DNA of 64,000 nt from Acidimicrobiia bacterium (GCA_027494165.1 JAOSJM010000008.1:10217-74216), one strand, 5' to 3'. Positions 40,038 through 49,513 are shown, counted from the first letter of the stretch. Numbers and translations: made by a program. Notes: generated by a model from the sequence alone, not told the origin.

Positions 40038-40982
40038 TCAGGTCCCTCGGGTCTCGCCTCGGGAAGGAACCTCCCGCACGACGTCACGGGGATCCTTGTC
40101 GCCGCGCACGCCGAGGTACCGGGGCTGGCGCAGCCGGCCCACCCTCGTCCACTCGGTGAAGGCGACCTCGCACACGAGCACGGGACGGACGTGGTGGACG
40201 CCGCGATCTCCGGGGTCGTCGACGAACGGGCTCGCGGCGACCTCGAGGTCGCGCAGGGCCCGACCGAGGTGCTCGAGGGTGACCTCGTCGAAGCCGGTCC
40301 CGACCTTCCCGGCGTAGCGGAGCCGCCCGGAACCGTCGTGGTAGCCGACCAGCAGCGCCCCGAAGCCGCTCCGGCCCCCCTCGGGGTCGGTGTAGCCGCC
40401 GACGACGAGCTCCTGGCGGCGCACGCACTTGAGCTTCAACCAGCTCCGGGAACGCCCGCCCACGTAGCGGCTGCCGGCCCGCTTGGCGATCAGGCCCTCC
40501 CACCCCCGCGCGCACGCCTCCCGGAGATGGGCGGGTCCGTCGCCGTCGTGGTGCGCGTTGAGACGCAACGGGTCCCGGAACCGGATCGCCTCCTCCAGCA
40601 GGGCCTTCCGCCGCCGCAGCGTCAGGCCCGTGAGGTCCCGACCGTCCAGGTGGAGCAGGTCGAAGACGTAGTAGAAGACGGCGACGCCGCTGCGCCGGGC
40701 CCGGTCGGGGTCCTGGATCTGCATGCGGCGCTGGAGGCGGGCGAAGCTCGTGGCCTCGCCCTCGAAGGCCACGATCTCGCCGTCGAGGAGGAGCGGCCGG
40801 GTCCCCTCCTGCTCCAGCGCCTCGACGATCTCGGGGTAGGTGCGGTCCAGAGGCCGTTGGGTCCGTGAGCGCAGGTGCACGCCCCGGCCGTCCCGAACGG
40901 CGAGGCAGCGCACCCCGTCGAGCTTGCGCTCGAAGACCCACCCCTCCCCCGCGGGGCACTCGTCGGTGAGCGTGGCGAGCAT
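40038..40982 (-). CDS. ligD: Stand-alone ATP-dependent DNA ligase (LigD ligase domain, NHEJ type)
   Basis: MLATLTDECPAGEGWVFERKLDGVRCL (KxDG adenylation motif) ..LLLDGEIVAF..GWEGLIAKR..WLKLK..LLVGYHD. 314 aa from ATG 40982. Confidence 0.85.
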   Translation of the reverse strand: MLATLTDECPAGEGWVFERKLDGVRCLAVRDGRGVHLRSRTQRPLDRTYPEIVEALEQEGTRPLLLDGEIVAFEGEATSFARLQRRMQIQDPDRARRSGVAVFYYVFDLLHLDGRDLTGLTLRRRKALLEEAIRFRDPLRLNAHHDGDGPAHLREACARGWEGLIAKRAGSRYVGGRSRSWLKLKCVRRQELVVGGYTDPEGGRSGFGALLVGYHDGSGRLRYAGKVGTGFDEVTLEHLGRALRDLEVAASPFVDDPGDRGVHHVRPVLVCEVAFTEWTRVGRLRQPRYLGVRGDKDPRDVVREVPSRGETRGT

Positions 40983-41187
40983 GGGGGGCCGCCAGCGCGA
41001 CGACGGCTCCTCGCGCGGGTGGTCCCCCTCGCGCGGATCCTCGGGCCCGATCAGCCGGGTCTCCTCTCGCCTGCGCCCGGATGGCTCCCCCGCGCCCCGC
41101 CGGGCAGCGCCGGCGCCCAGGCTAGGCAGCCGCACCCGCGCACGGGCCGCGTGCCGCGGGTGCCGGTCCGCGGACGATCATGGGGGG

Positions 41188-41843
41188 ATGCCCCGCGAGC
41201 TCTCCGAGTACCGGGCCAAGCGCGACTTCCGGCGGACCGCCGAGCCGCGGGGCGACCGCGCCGCCCGGCGGGTCGAGGCGCCGCGGTTCGTGGTCCAGGA
41301 GCACGGCGCCCGCCGGCACCACTACGACCTCCGGATCGAGGACGACGGTGTGCTGCGGTCGTGGGCCGTGCCGAAGGGCCCCTCGACCGATCCCGGGGAG
41401 AAGCGTCTCGCGGTCCTCACCGAGGACCACCCGCTCGACTACGCGGACTTCGAAGGTCGAATCCCCGCGGGCGAGTACGGCGCCGGCGCCGTGATCGTGT
41501 GGGACACGGGGGTCTACGCGAACCTCACCACCGATCGGAGCGGGCGCGAGGTGCCCGTGAGCGAGGGGCTGGAGCGCGGGCACGTGTCGGTGTGGCTCCT
41601 GGGCCACAAGCTCCGGGGCGGGTACGCGCTCACCCGCTTCCGGGGCCCCGACAACTGGCTCCTGGTGAAGATGGACGACGCCGAGGCCGATCCCGAGCGC
41701 GATCCCGTCTCGACCGAGCCGGCATCGGTCCTCTCCGGGCGGACGTTGGCGGAGGTCGCGAGCGGAGCGGGCGCGGGGGCGCCGGGGCCGGCTCCTCGCG
41801 GACCCCGGCCGAACGGCGCCCGAAGCGCCGCCGGGACCGCTAG
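41188..41843 (+). CDS. Stand-alone LigD 3'-phosphoesterase (PE) domain protein; stop assignment needs a 1-nt correction
   Basis: MPRELSEYRAKRDFRRTAEPRG..PRFVVQEHGARRHHYDLRIEDDGVLRSWAVPKGPS..GEYGAG.VIVWD.G.Y is the hallmark PE-domain sequence. The as-sequenced frame has no stop before the next gene. TAG 41841-41843 is reached if the G5 run 41775-41779 is one base short. Confidence 0.7.
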
Positions 41844-41866
41844 GCGGGGGCGAGGGGGAGTCGCGC

Positions 41867-42649
41867 GTGCCGGAGCTGCCCGACGTCGAGACGTTCCGGG
41901 ACCTCTTCGAGCGCACGTCGCTGGGACGGGACATCGCCGACGCCGAGGTCCGCAGCCCCGAGATGCTCGAGGACGCCGACCCGGAGGCGCTCGTGTCCGC
42001 GCTACGGGGCTCGTCCTTCGGGGAGGCGGCCCGGCACGGGAAGTGGTTGCTCGCCCGGCTGGAGAGCGGACCCTGGCTCGGGCTCCACTTCGGGATGAGC
42101 GGCCGGCTCGTGTTCCTCGACGACGGCGACGAGCCGGCCCACACCCGGCTCCTGGTCCGGTTCGCCGACGGGACCGCCCTGGCCTACGACTGCGTCCGCA
42201 AGCTCGGGCACCTGGCGCTCGTCGACGCGCCCGAGGAGCTCGTCGAGGCCCACCGGCTGGGGCCGGACGCGCTGTCGCTGGCGTCCCGGGAGCTGGAGCG
42301 CGCTCGGGGGCGGCGGGGGACGATCAAGGGTCGCCTGCTCGACCAGGGGGTGGTGGCCGGGATCGGGAACGTCTACGCGGACGAGATCCTCTTCCAGGCC
42401 CGGCTCCATCCCGCCACCCGGGTGGACGAGCTCGACGAGGAGCGGCGCCGCCGGCTGGCCGGGGCGGTGCGGCGGGTCCTGCGGACGGCCACCGACCGCG
42501 ACGCGGACCCCGGGGCCTTCCCCGCCGGCTGGCTCACCCCAGACCGCGAGGAGGGCGCCCCCTGCCCGCGCTGCGGCGGCACGGTGATCCGCACCCGGGT
42601 GGCCGGGCGCTCGACGTACCTCTGCCCGGCGTGCCAGCAGGCGCCGTGA
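41867..42649 (+). CDS. Fpg/Nei-family DNA glycosylase/AP lyase
   Basis: The GTG start gives M-PELPDVE (catalytic Pro2/Glu3). H2TH region GIGNVYADEILFQARLHP; C-terminal zinc finger CPRCGG..YLCPACQ. GGGGGAG lies 7 nt upstream. Confidence 0.85.
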   Translation: MPELPDVETFRDLFERTSLGRDIADAEVRSPEMLEDADPEALVSALRGSSFGEAARHGKWLLARLESGPWLGLHFGMSGRLVFLDDGDEPAHTRLLVRFADGTALAYDCVRKLGHLALVDAPEELVEAHRLGPDALSLASRELERARGRRGTIKGRLLDQGVVAGIGNVYADEILFQARLHPATRVDELDEERRRRLAGAVRRVLRTATDRDADPGAFPAGWLTPDREEGAPCPRCGGTVIRTRVAGRSTYLCPACQQAP

Positions 42650-43392
42650 GCCGGGACCGGTCCGGCCTCCGGCTCCTCTTCCTCGGCACCGGGGCCAGCG
42701 GCGGTACCCCCGGCCGGGGACGCTCCCGGCGGCGGGAGAGCTCGATGCTCCTCGACGGCCCGGCCCGGATCCTGGTGGACGTGACCCGTGACTTCGACGA
42801 CCAGGTCGGGGCCTGGCCGTCGCTCGACGCCGTGCTCCTCACCCACGCCCACCGTGACGCCACGGGTGGGATCCCGAAGCTGGCGCGCTGGCTGGCCGGC
42901 CGGCAGGCCGCGCCCGTCCGGGTGCTCGCGCACCCGGGCACCGTCGAGGCGCTCCACCGGCGCCACCGGCGGCTGGACCGGCTCGCCTTCGAGACCGTCG
43001 TCCCGGGGAGGACCCGGCGGGTGGGGCCCGTGCGGGTCCAGCCGTGCGAGGTGCCCCACGCGACCGACGCCGTCACCTACGCCTGGCGGCTGCGGGTCGG
43101 GGACGTCAGCGTCGTCTACGCCTCCGACGTCGCGACCCCGACCCCCGAGCTCCGCCGCTTCGCCCGGGGTGCGGCGCTCCTCGTGGTCGACGGCGCGACC
43201 TGGCGGCGGCGGATCCCCAGCCACCTGCGCGTGGACCAGGACCTGCCGGGGCTGTGCGACTGGGACGTGGGAGGGATCCTGCTCACCCAGATCGGCCGGT
43301 CGGCGCCGCCCCACCCGGAGCTGGCCCGCCGGGTCCGGGCGATCTGCCCCCGTGCGACCCCGGCCCACGACGGGCTGGCGCTCACGCTCTGA
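42646..43392 (+). CDS. MBL-fold metallo-hydrolase (PhnP/GPP-like)
   Basis: The GTG overlaps the fpg stop as GTGA. LRLLFLGTGASGGTPG..ILVDVTRD..AVLLTHAHRDATGGI..VPHATD. Confidence 0.75.
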   Translation: MSRDRSGLRLLFLGTGASGGTPGRGRSRRRESSMLLDGPARILVDVTRDFDDQVGAWPSLDAVLLTHAHRDATGGIPKLARWLAGRQAAPVRVLAHPGTVEALHRRHRRLDRLAFETVVPGRTRRVGPVRVQPCEVPHATDAVTYAWRLRVGDVSVVYASDVATPTPELRRFARGAALLVVDGATWRRRIPSHLRVDQDLPGLCDWDVGGILLTQIGRSAPPHPELARRVRAICPRATPAHDGLALTL

Positions 43393-43438
43393 CGGGCCCG
43401 CCGGCCGCCCGGGCGTGCCGGGTGGCCGCCGCCTCCGG

Positions 43439-44917
43439 CTACCGCGGCCGGTGGGATCTCGCCGTCGGGACGGTCAGCCCCCGGAGCACGTCGGCCGCCG
43501 AGGGCGGGGCGTCGGGGACGTCCCGGGCGATCCGGGCCAGGTCCTCGCCCGCCGTGACGAGCGGCGGCTCGGCCCGCCCCCCGGCCCGGACCTGGCCCAG
43601 CCCGACGGCGGCCAGCAGGCCGTTGCAGAGGCAGAGCCGCCCGACGGTGTCCTCCACCCGGCCGCCCTTGCGGACGTACGCGTCGACCGGCTCGGCCGGG
43701 CAGCGGTACCCGACCGACCCGTCGGCCTTCCGGTACGCCACCCGCAGGTAGCCGAGATCGCACACGCGCCGGCGGGCCGCGGCGACGTCGGGGACCCCGG
43801 CCGTCCCCTCGACGTCGACCACCTTGAACGGGTAGCCGGTCGGCGACGCCAGGGGGTCCGTGCGCACGGACGCACCCTCCCGCACCTCGTCGAGGACCCG
43901 GAGGCGCAGCGCGTCGTCGAGCCCGGACTCGCGGCTGTACGCGAACGCGGTCCCGACCTGGATCCCCGCCGCACCCGCGGCCCGCGCGTCCTCGAGCCGG
44001 CCCTCCCTCCCGTAGGAGCCCGCGAGCCAGAAGGGCAGCCCCAGCGCCGCCATCGCCCCGGGGTCGACGACGTCGCGGGGGCCGTAGATCGGCTGGCCGG
44101 AGTCGTCGAGCTGCTGCCGGCCCCGCGGGGGCGCGTTGTGGCCACCGGCGCTGGCGCCCTCGACGACGAAGCCGTCGGGTCGGCGACTCGGGTCGCGGGC
44201 CAGGTACGTGGCGAGCACGACCGAGGAGACGATGGCGAGAAAGACGGGCCGGCGGAGGTCGGGCAGGACGGTGCCGGCGAGGACGCGGCGCGGCTCCAGC
44301 TCCACGTTCGTCTCCTCGCCTGCCTCGGCCCCCTCCACGTCGAGCGGGAGGGCCACCGTCTCGTGACGGGTGAGGCGGTCGAGCAGGCCGGGGATCCGGT
44401 CGGGGATCCCGGCCCCGACGAGCACGACGTCCACCCCGGCGAGCAGCGCGCCGTAGAGGGTCGCGGGCGTGGCCAGGCGGATCTTCTCGAGGAGGTTCAG
44501 CCCCACCGTGCCCTCGTGGCCCTCCTTGGCCAGGAAGACCTCCACGAAGGCGGCCGCGACCACGAGGTCCTGGTGGGCGGGGTCGGGGGCGGCCGTGAGC
44601 TTGGGGACGGTCCGGTACGGCGTGCCGGGCGGGCGACCCTCGGGCCGGTACCAGCGGTCGACGATCTGCTCGGCCACCCCGGGCACGGGGAAGCGGGCCA
44701 GGGCCCGGCGCACGTGGCCGCCCGGGTCGCCGTCCTGGAGCCGCCGGACCATCACGACGTCGAGCGCCACGCCGGAGACGACGCCGAGCTGGCCCTCGGC
44801 GGCGACCGTGCGCGCCAGGCGCCAGCCGCTCACCGCCACGCCCATGCCGCCCTGGATGATCTCGGGGACCGCCGTCGCCGTCACACCCCGGAGCCTACCG
44901 ACATGTCGGTAGGTCAT
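43439..44917 (-). CDS. Nitronate monooxygenase/FabK-like FMN TIM-barrel oxidoreductase (long form)
   Basis: 492 aa: PEIIQGGMGVAVSGWRLARTVAAEGQLGVVSG..VVEGASAGGHNAPP..GIQVGTAF. Confidence 0.85.
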   Translation of the reverse strand: MTYRHVGRLRGVTATAVPEIIQGGMGVAVSGWRLARTVAAEGQLGVVSGVALDVVMVRRLQDGDPGGHVRRALARFPVPGVAEQIVDRWYRPEGRPPGTPYRTVPKLTAAPDPAHQDLVVAAAFVEVFLAKEGHEGTVGLNLLEKIRLATPATLYGALLAGVDVVLVGAGIPDRIPGLLDRLTRHETVALPLDVEGAEAGEETNVELEPRRVLAGTVLPDLRRPVFLAIVSSVVLATYLARDPSRRPDGFVVEGASAGGHNAPPRGRQQLDDSGQPIYGPRDVVDPGAMAALGLPFWLAGSYGREGRLEDARAAGAAGIQVGTAFAYSRESGLDDALRLRVLDEVREGASVRTDPLASPTGYPFKVVDVEGTAGVPDVAAARRRVCDLGYLRVAYRKADGSVGYRCPAEPVDAYVRKGGRVEDTVGRLCLCNGLLAAVGLGQVRAGGRAEPPLVTAGEDLARIARDVPDAPPSAADVLRGLTVPTARSHRPR

Positions 44918-44950
44918 GCAGGATCGGCCCGGCCCACCCCGCTCCCCGGT

Positions 44951-45070
44951 CCCGGGTGCCGATACCCCCGCCCAGCGGGGGCGGAGACACCCGAGACCCG
45001 GGGATCACCGAACCGGGTGCCGATACCCCCGCCCAGCGGGGGTGGAGACACCCGAGAGCCGGGGACCACC
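44951..45070. repeat. Two tandem copies of the 61-bp palindromic repeat family
   Basis: GGTGCCGATACCCCCGCCCAGCGGGGGYGGAGACACCCGAGA, twice, with cores at 44969 and 45030 (period 61). The inner perfect hairpin is CCCCCGC-CCA-GCGGGGG. It lies between the MBL gene end (45165) and the NMO start (44917). Confidence 0.75.
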
Positions 45071-45164
45071 GCGCAGAACGGACCGGCGCGGTCGCGCCGG
45101 CGGCCGCCCGCCCTCGTGGGAGCGGGCGGCCGCGGCGGGCGCTCGGTCGGTGCGGATCCGAGGA

Positions 45165-46022
45165 TCAGGTGGCGGGCACGGTGCCGGCGAGGAGCTGGGC
45201 CACGAGCTCGTCGAGCACCTCCTGTCCCGGGGGCGGGACGATGGGCTGGCCGGCCATGGCCCGCACCCGGTCGAACGCCCCGGCGATGAAGGGCCCGCGC
45301 AGCACCGGGCCGTGCCCCGACGCGATGGTCGTGGCCCCCAGGGCCTCCACCCGGTCGACGTGGCGCCCGTAGACCCCCGCGTCGAGCCACTGGTGCCACG
45401 GCGAGACGAGGCTGTTGATCAGCCGGAAGCTCTCGTCGTACAGGTCCGGCGGCAGGTCGGCGGCGTCGTAGACGGCGCCGGTCGTGAACGCCCCGAACGA
45501 GTCGGCCGCCCACATCACGCCGGTGCGCTCGTCGTAGAGCCCCCGGGTCGTCGGGCCGTCGAAGATCGGGGGACGCATCAGGTGCAGGCGCCGGTCGCCG
45601 GCGTCGAACGAGCTGCCCTCCTCGAGCCAGACCATCCGGTCGAGCGGCAGGGCCCGGTCCGGCTCGAGAGAGGCCCGCTCGGCGCTGAAGAAGTTGGCGA
45701 CGACGGTGGCGTTGGGGGCCCGGTCGAGGAGGGCGGCCATGTTGCCGATGTGGTCGCCGTCGTCGTGGGACAGGAAGACCCAGCGGACGTCCTCGGGGTC
45801 GACGAGCGACGTCACGGCGTCGAGCCACTGCTCGCGGTGCAGCGGCGCACCGGTGTCGACGACGACGGGCTCCTCGGCGAGGATGACCATGGTGTTGACG
45901 AACAGGAACTGCCCGGGTCCCGAGGGCACGAGGTTGGGGACGAGCCAGGTGTCAGGGGCGATGCGCTGCGGCTCTGCCGTGGGCGCTGCCGGCTGGGTGG
46001 TGACGGGGTCGTTGGTGCTCAT
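45165..46022 (-). CDS. MBL-fold metallo-hydrolase
   Basis: ATG 46022 follows AAGGAG. MSTNDPV..VVDTGAPLHREQWL..VFLSHDDGDHIGN..IASGHGPV. The rest of ORF 45165..47600 is a shadow frame antisense to the SARP gene. Confidence 0.8.
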   Translation of the reverse strand: MSTNDPVTTQPAAPTAEPQRIAPDTWLVPNLVPSGPGQFLFVNTMVILAEEPVVVDTGAPLHREQWLDAVTSLVDPEDVRWVFLSHDDGDHIGNMAALLDRAPNATVVANFFSAERASLEPDRALPLDRMVWLEEGSSFDAGDRRLHLMRPPIFDGPTTRGLYDERTGVMWAADSFGAFTTGAVYDAADLPPDLYDESFRLINSLVSPWHQWLDAGVYGRHVDRVEALGATTIASGHGPVLRGPFIAGAFDRVRAMAGQPIVPPPGQEVLDELVAQLLAGTVPAT

Positions 46023-46139
46023 CGGTGCTCCTTCACGGTCGGTCGGTGGTCCAGGTATCGCACGGGCCACTTGACCGGGCCTTGGTCCCGGCACCGATCC
46101 CGCCGTCAAGCGAACGTCAAGAGGGCGTAGGCTGGGCCG

Positions 46140-49100
46140 ATGCGGTTCGGGGTTCTCGGGCCGCTGGAGGTCACCCGGGGGGACGGCGAGCCGGTCGACG
46201 TGGGGGGCCGCCAGCCGCGCGTCCTCCTCGCCGCGCTCGTGGCCGCCTCCGGCCGCCCGGTCACCGCCGGCGCGCTCGTCGAGGCGATCTGGGGCGACGA
46301 GCCGCCCGCGTCGGCCACCGGCACCCTGCAGAGCTACGTCTCGCGGCTGCGCCGGGCGCTCGACGCCGGCGGCGGCCCGCCGCTGCCCCACGACGACGCC
46401 GGCTACCGCCTCGACCTCGAGCCCTCGGCGGTCGACGTCCACCGCTTCCACGAGCTCGCCACCGAGGGTCGCGCCCACCTCGACGCCGGCCGGCCGGCCG
46501 AGGGCCGCGAGGCGCTGGCCGCCGCGCTGGCGCTGTGGCGCGGCCCGGCCCTCGTCGACCTGGTCGACCAGGGCACCGCCCTGGCCCAGGCCGCCGAGCT
46601 CGAGGAGCGGCGCCTGACGGTGCTCGAGGAGCGCGTCGACGCCGACCTCGCCCTCGGCCGCCACGGACACCTCGTCGGCGAGCTCGGGGCGCTCGTGGAC
46701 GAGCACCCGCTGCGGGAGGGCCTCTGGGCCAAGCTCGCCCTCGCCCTGTACCGCTCCGGGCGCCAGGCCGACGCGCTGCGGGCGCTCACCCGCGCCGGCC
46801 GCATGCTGCGCGAGGAGCTCGGCATCGAGCCCAGCCGCCTGCTGCGCGACCTCGAGGCCGCGATCCTCGACCACGATCCCTCGCTCGACCCGCCGCCCGT
46901 CACCCTCGGAATCGTCGCCTCGGCCGACCGGACGAACCCCTTCGTCGGCCGCGAGAGCGAGCTGGCCGACCTCGTGACCGCCCTCGACGAGGCGGTGGAG
47001 GAGGCTCGCTTCGCGGTGCTGGAGGGGGAGCCCGGCATCGGCAAGACCCGCCTCGCCGACGAGCTGGGCGCCGTCGCCGCCGGCCGCGGGTCGCTCGTCG
47101 CGTGGGGGCGCAGCCACGAGTGCGGTGCCGCCCCGGCGCTGTGGCCCTGGCTCCCGGTGCTGCGCGCCGTGGCATCCCGGGTCGACGGCGCCCCGGACCT
47201 GCTGTCGGAGGTGCTCTCCGGCGAGGCGCCGCTGCTCGCGGGCCAGGGCGGGGCGGTCCAGTTCGAGCGCTTCGACGCCGTCGCCGGCGTCCTCGAGCGA
47301 GCCGGCGCCACCGCGCCGGTCGTGGTCCTGCTCGACGACGTGCAGTGGGCCGACACGACGTCGCTCGAGCTGTTGATGTTCCTCACCACCCGGCTGCAGC
47401 AGGGGGTGCTCGTCGTCGCCACCGTCCGGTCGCTCGAGGTGGGCCGCCGCGACGGCGTGACCGACGCGCTCGGCGCCATCGCCCGGCGGCCGGGCAGCCG
47501 GCGCCTGCGCCTGCGAGGCCTCTCGCCGGCGGCGACCGGCGAGCTGCTGGCGGCCCTGGTCCCCGGGCCGCTGACCGCCGAGCTGTCGGCCCGGATCCAC
47601 GACCGCGCCGAGGGCAACCCCTTCTACGCCATCGAGCTCGCCCGCCTACTCGACGAGGAGCGTGGCACCGACGGCGAGGTCCCGGCGACGGTCCGCGACG
47701 CGATCCGGCGGCGCCTCACCCTGCTGCCGCCCGAGACCGTCGACCTGCTCGGCGTCGCCGCGGTGACCGGGCGCGACGTGGACGTGCCGCTGGTCGCCCG
47801 CGCCGCCGGCCTCGACCTCGGCGAGTGCCTGGACCAACTCGACCCGGCGGCGGCGCACCGGCTGCTGGTGGAGGCGCCCGCGGATGCGGTCGCGGCGCGG
47901 TTCAGCCACGCCCTCGTGCGCGAGGTGCTGCTCGACGGGCTCACCCCGCTGCGGCGCGCCCGCCTGCACCTCCGGGTGGCCGACGCCATCGACGAGGCGG
48001 GCGCCGGGCGCGACGACGTCGAGGTGCTCGCCGAGCACCTCTGGCGGGCCGTGCCGCTCGGCGCAGGCGACCGGGCCGCCGATGCCCTCGACCGCGCCGC
48101 CGAGGTCGCCGTCAGCCGCGTCGCCTACACCGCCGCGGAGGACCTGCTCGGCCGGGCGGCCCGGCTGCGGCGGGCGGGACCGTCCGGCGAGGCCCGGCGG
48201 GCCGAGCTGTCGACGCTGCTGCGGCTGCTCGAGGTGATGCAGGCCACCCGGTACTTCTCGGGCGCCGACCGCGACGTGCTCGCCCGCGCCCAGGAGCTCG
48301 CCGAGGAGTTCGGCCTCGACGACGTCGGCCGCACGCTGGCCTGGTACGAGTGGGCCACCCTGTCCACCGCGGCCCGGGTCGTGGAGACCCGCCCGATGGC
48401 CGACCGGTTCCTCGCCCGGTGGGGCGACGACCCCCGGCCCCAGGTGCGCGCGGCGGCCCACGGGATGTACGGCATCGAGGAGTGGGGCGTCGGCCGCATC
48501 GCCGGGGCGGTGGAGCACCTCGACCGCGCCGCGGCGCTGCTCGAGACCTCGCCGCCGCCCGACGACGCCTTCGAGCTCGAGCACCGCCTCACGACGTACG
48601 CGTTCCGGCTGTTCAACCACGCCGCCCACGGCGACCACACGGCCGACGAGGCCCTCGCCGGCTTCGACGAGCTGCTCGCCGCCTGGCCCCCGGTCGTGGG
48701 CCCGGCCATCTGCGGCTTCGCCGGCACGACCGCGGCCGTGCACGCACGGTGGGACGCCCTGGACCACTTCGTGCGCCGGGCGCTCGACGCCGACCCCGCC
48801 TCGCAGTTCGCGTTCTGGGGCGGGCAGCTCCTCATGTACCGCGGGCTCGTCGAGGCGCAGCGGGGCGAGGTGGACGCCGGGCTGGCGTCCTTCGTCGAGG
48901 GCCGCACCCGCTTCCGTTCCGTGGGAGGGCGCGCCGGCATCGCCAGCTTCCAGGCGCTGATGGGCGAGCTCCTCGCCCGGGCCGGGCGCGTCCCCGACGC
49001 CGCCGAGCTCGTGGCCGGGGCCCGGCTGCAGACCGACGAGACGCGCGAGGGCTGGAACGAGGTGACCGTGTGCATCGCCGAGGGTGTCGTCGCCTACCAC

Positions 49101-49235
49101 TCGGGCGACAAGGAGCGGGCCACCGAGCGCCTGGCCGCGGCGGTCGCCACCGGCACCGAGCAGGGCGCCCACGCGCTGGTCCGGCGAGCGGGGGCCGTCG
49201 CGGCCGAGCTCCCGGTCGACCTGCCGGCCCGCTGA
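46140..49235 (+). CDS. Large AfsR/SARP-family regulator (wHTH + BTAD + P-loop NTPase + TPR-like C-terminus)
   Basis: MRFGVLGPLEV..GGRQPRVLLAALV..LQSYVSRLRRAL..GYRLDL (OmpR-type wHTH). The BTAD region reads ALALWRGPAL..LYRSGRQADALRA. The Walker A is LEGEPGIGKTRL, followed by about 600 aa of helical repeats. Confidence 0.9.
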   Translation: MRFGVLGPLEVTRGDGEPVDVGGRQPRVLLAALVAASGRPVTAGALVEAIWGDEPPASATGTLQSYVSRLRRALDAGGGPPLPHDDAGYRLDLEPSAVDVHRFHELATEGRAHLDAGRPAEGREALAAALALWRGPALVDLVDQGTALAQAAELEERRLTVLEERVDADLALGRHGHLVGELGALVDEHPLREGLWAKLALALYRSGRQADALRALTRAGRMLREELGIEPSRLLRDLEAAILDHDPSLDPPPVTLGIVASADRTNPFVGRESELADLVTALDEAVEEARFAVLEGEPGIGKTRLADELGAVAAGRGSLVAWGRSHECGAAPALWPWLPVLRAVASRVDGAPDLLSEVLSGEAPLLAGQGGAVQFERFDAVAGVLERAGATAPVVVLLDDVQWADTTSLELLMFLTTRLQQGVLVVATVRSLEVGRRDGVTDALGAIARRPGSRRLRLRGLSPAATGELLAALVPGPLTAELSARIHDRAEGNPFYAIELARLLDEERGTDGEVPATVRDAIRRRLTLLPPETVDLLGVAAVTGRDVDVPLVARAAGLDLGECLDQLDPAAAHRLLVEAPADAVAARFSHALVREVLLDGLTPLRRARLHLRVADAIDEAGAGRDDVEVLAEHLWRAVPLGAGDRAADALDRAAEVAVSRVAYTAAEDLLGRAARLRRAGPSGEARRAELSTLLRLLEVMQATRYFSGADRDVLARAQELAEEFGLDDVGRTLAWYEWATLSTAARVVETRPMADRFLARWGDDPRPQVRAAAHGMYGIEEWGVGRIAGAVEHLDRAAALLETSPPPDDAFELEHRLTTYAFRLFNHAAHGDHTADEALAGFDELLAAWPPVVGPAICGFAGTTAAVHARWDALDHFVRRALDADPASQFAFWGGQLLMYRGLVEAQRGEVDAGLASFVEGRTRFRSVGGRAGIASFQALMGELLARAGRVPDAAELVAGARLQTDETREGWNEVTVCIAEGVVAYHSGDKERATERLAAAVATGTEQGAHALVRRAGAVAAELPVDLPAR

Positions 49236-49342
49236 GCCGGCCCGTCACCGGCGCCGAGGGCGCGGGGGTCGCCTACGCTGGTGGCCGGAGTGGTCCCGGT
49301 CGCGTCCGACGCTCCCCCGGAACCGGGAGCCGGACCACCACC

Positions 49343-49413
49343 CGGGGAGTGGCGCAGAGGTAGCGCACCTGCTTTGGGGGCAGGCGGTCGGGGGTTCGAA
49401 TCCCCCTCCCCGA
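49343..49413 (+). tRNA. tRNA-Pro (anticodon UGG); one C appears to be missing at the T-stem/acceptor junction
   Basis: Manual fold: CGGGGAG-TG-GCGC-AGAGGTA-GCGC-A-CCTGC-TTTGGGG-GCAGG-CGGTC-GGGGG-TTCGAAT-CCCCC-(C)TCCCCG-A. The 3' acceptor strand needs CTCCCCG, but only CCCCC+TCCCCG is present (C5 run 49402-49406). Confidence 0.8.
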
Positions 49414-49513
49414 CGGGTCCGGTCGCTCGTCGCGGGCGTCGACGGAGTGGTCGGGACCCCGCCCGATCCGGGATCATCGGGGCCGGCGTCACGGGGCACC
49501 GGAGGGAGGGGCG

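Noticed and set aside
46140-49235. STAND NTPase defence protein (Avs/NLR-like)
   Set aside because: The N-terminus is a canonical OmpR-type wHTH plus BTAD domain, the SARP/AfsR transcription-activator architecture. No nuclease, TIR or other effector domain is present.
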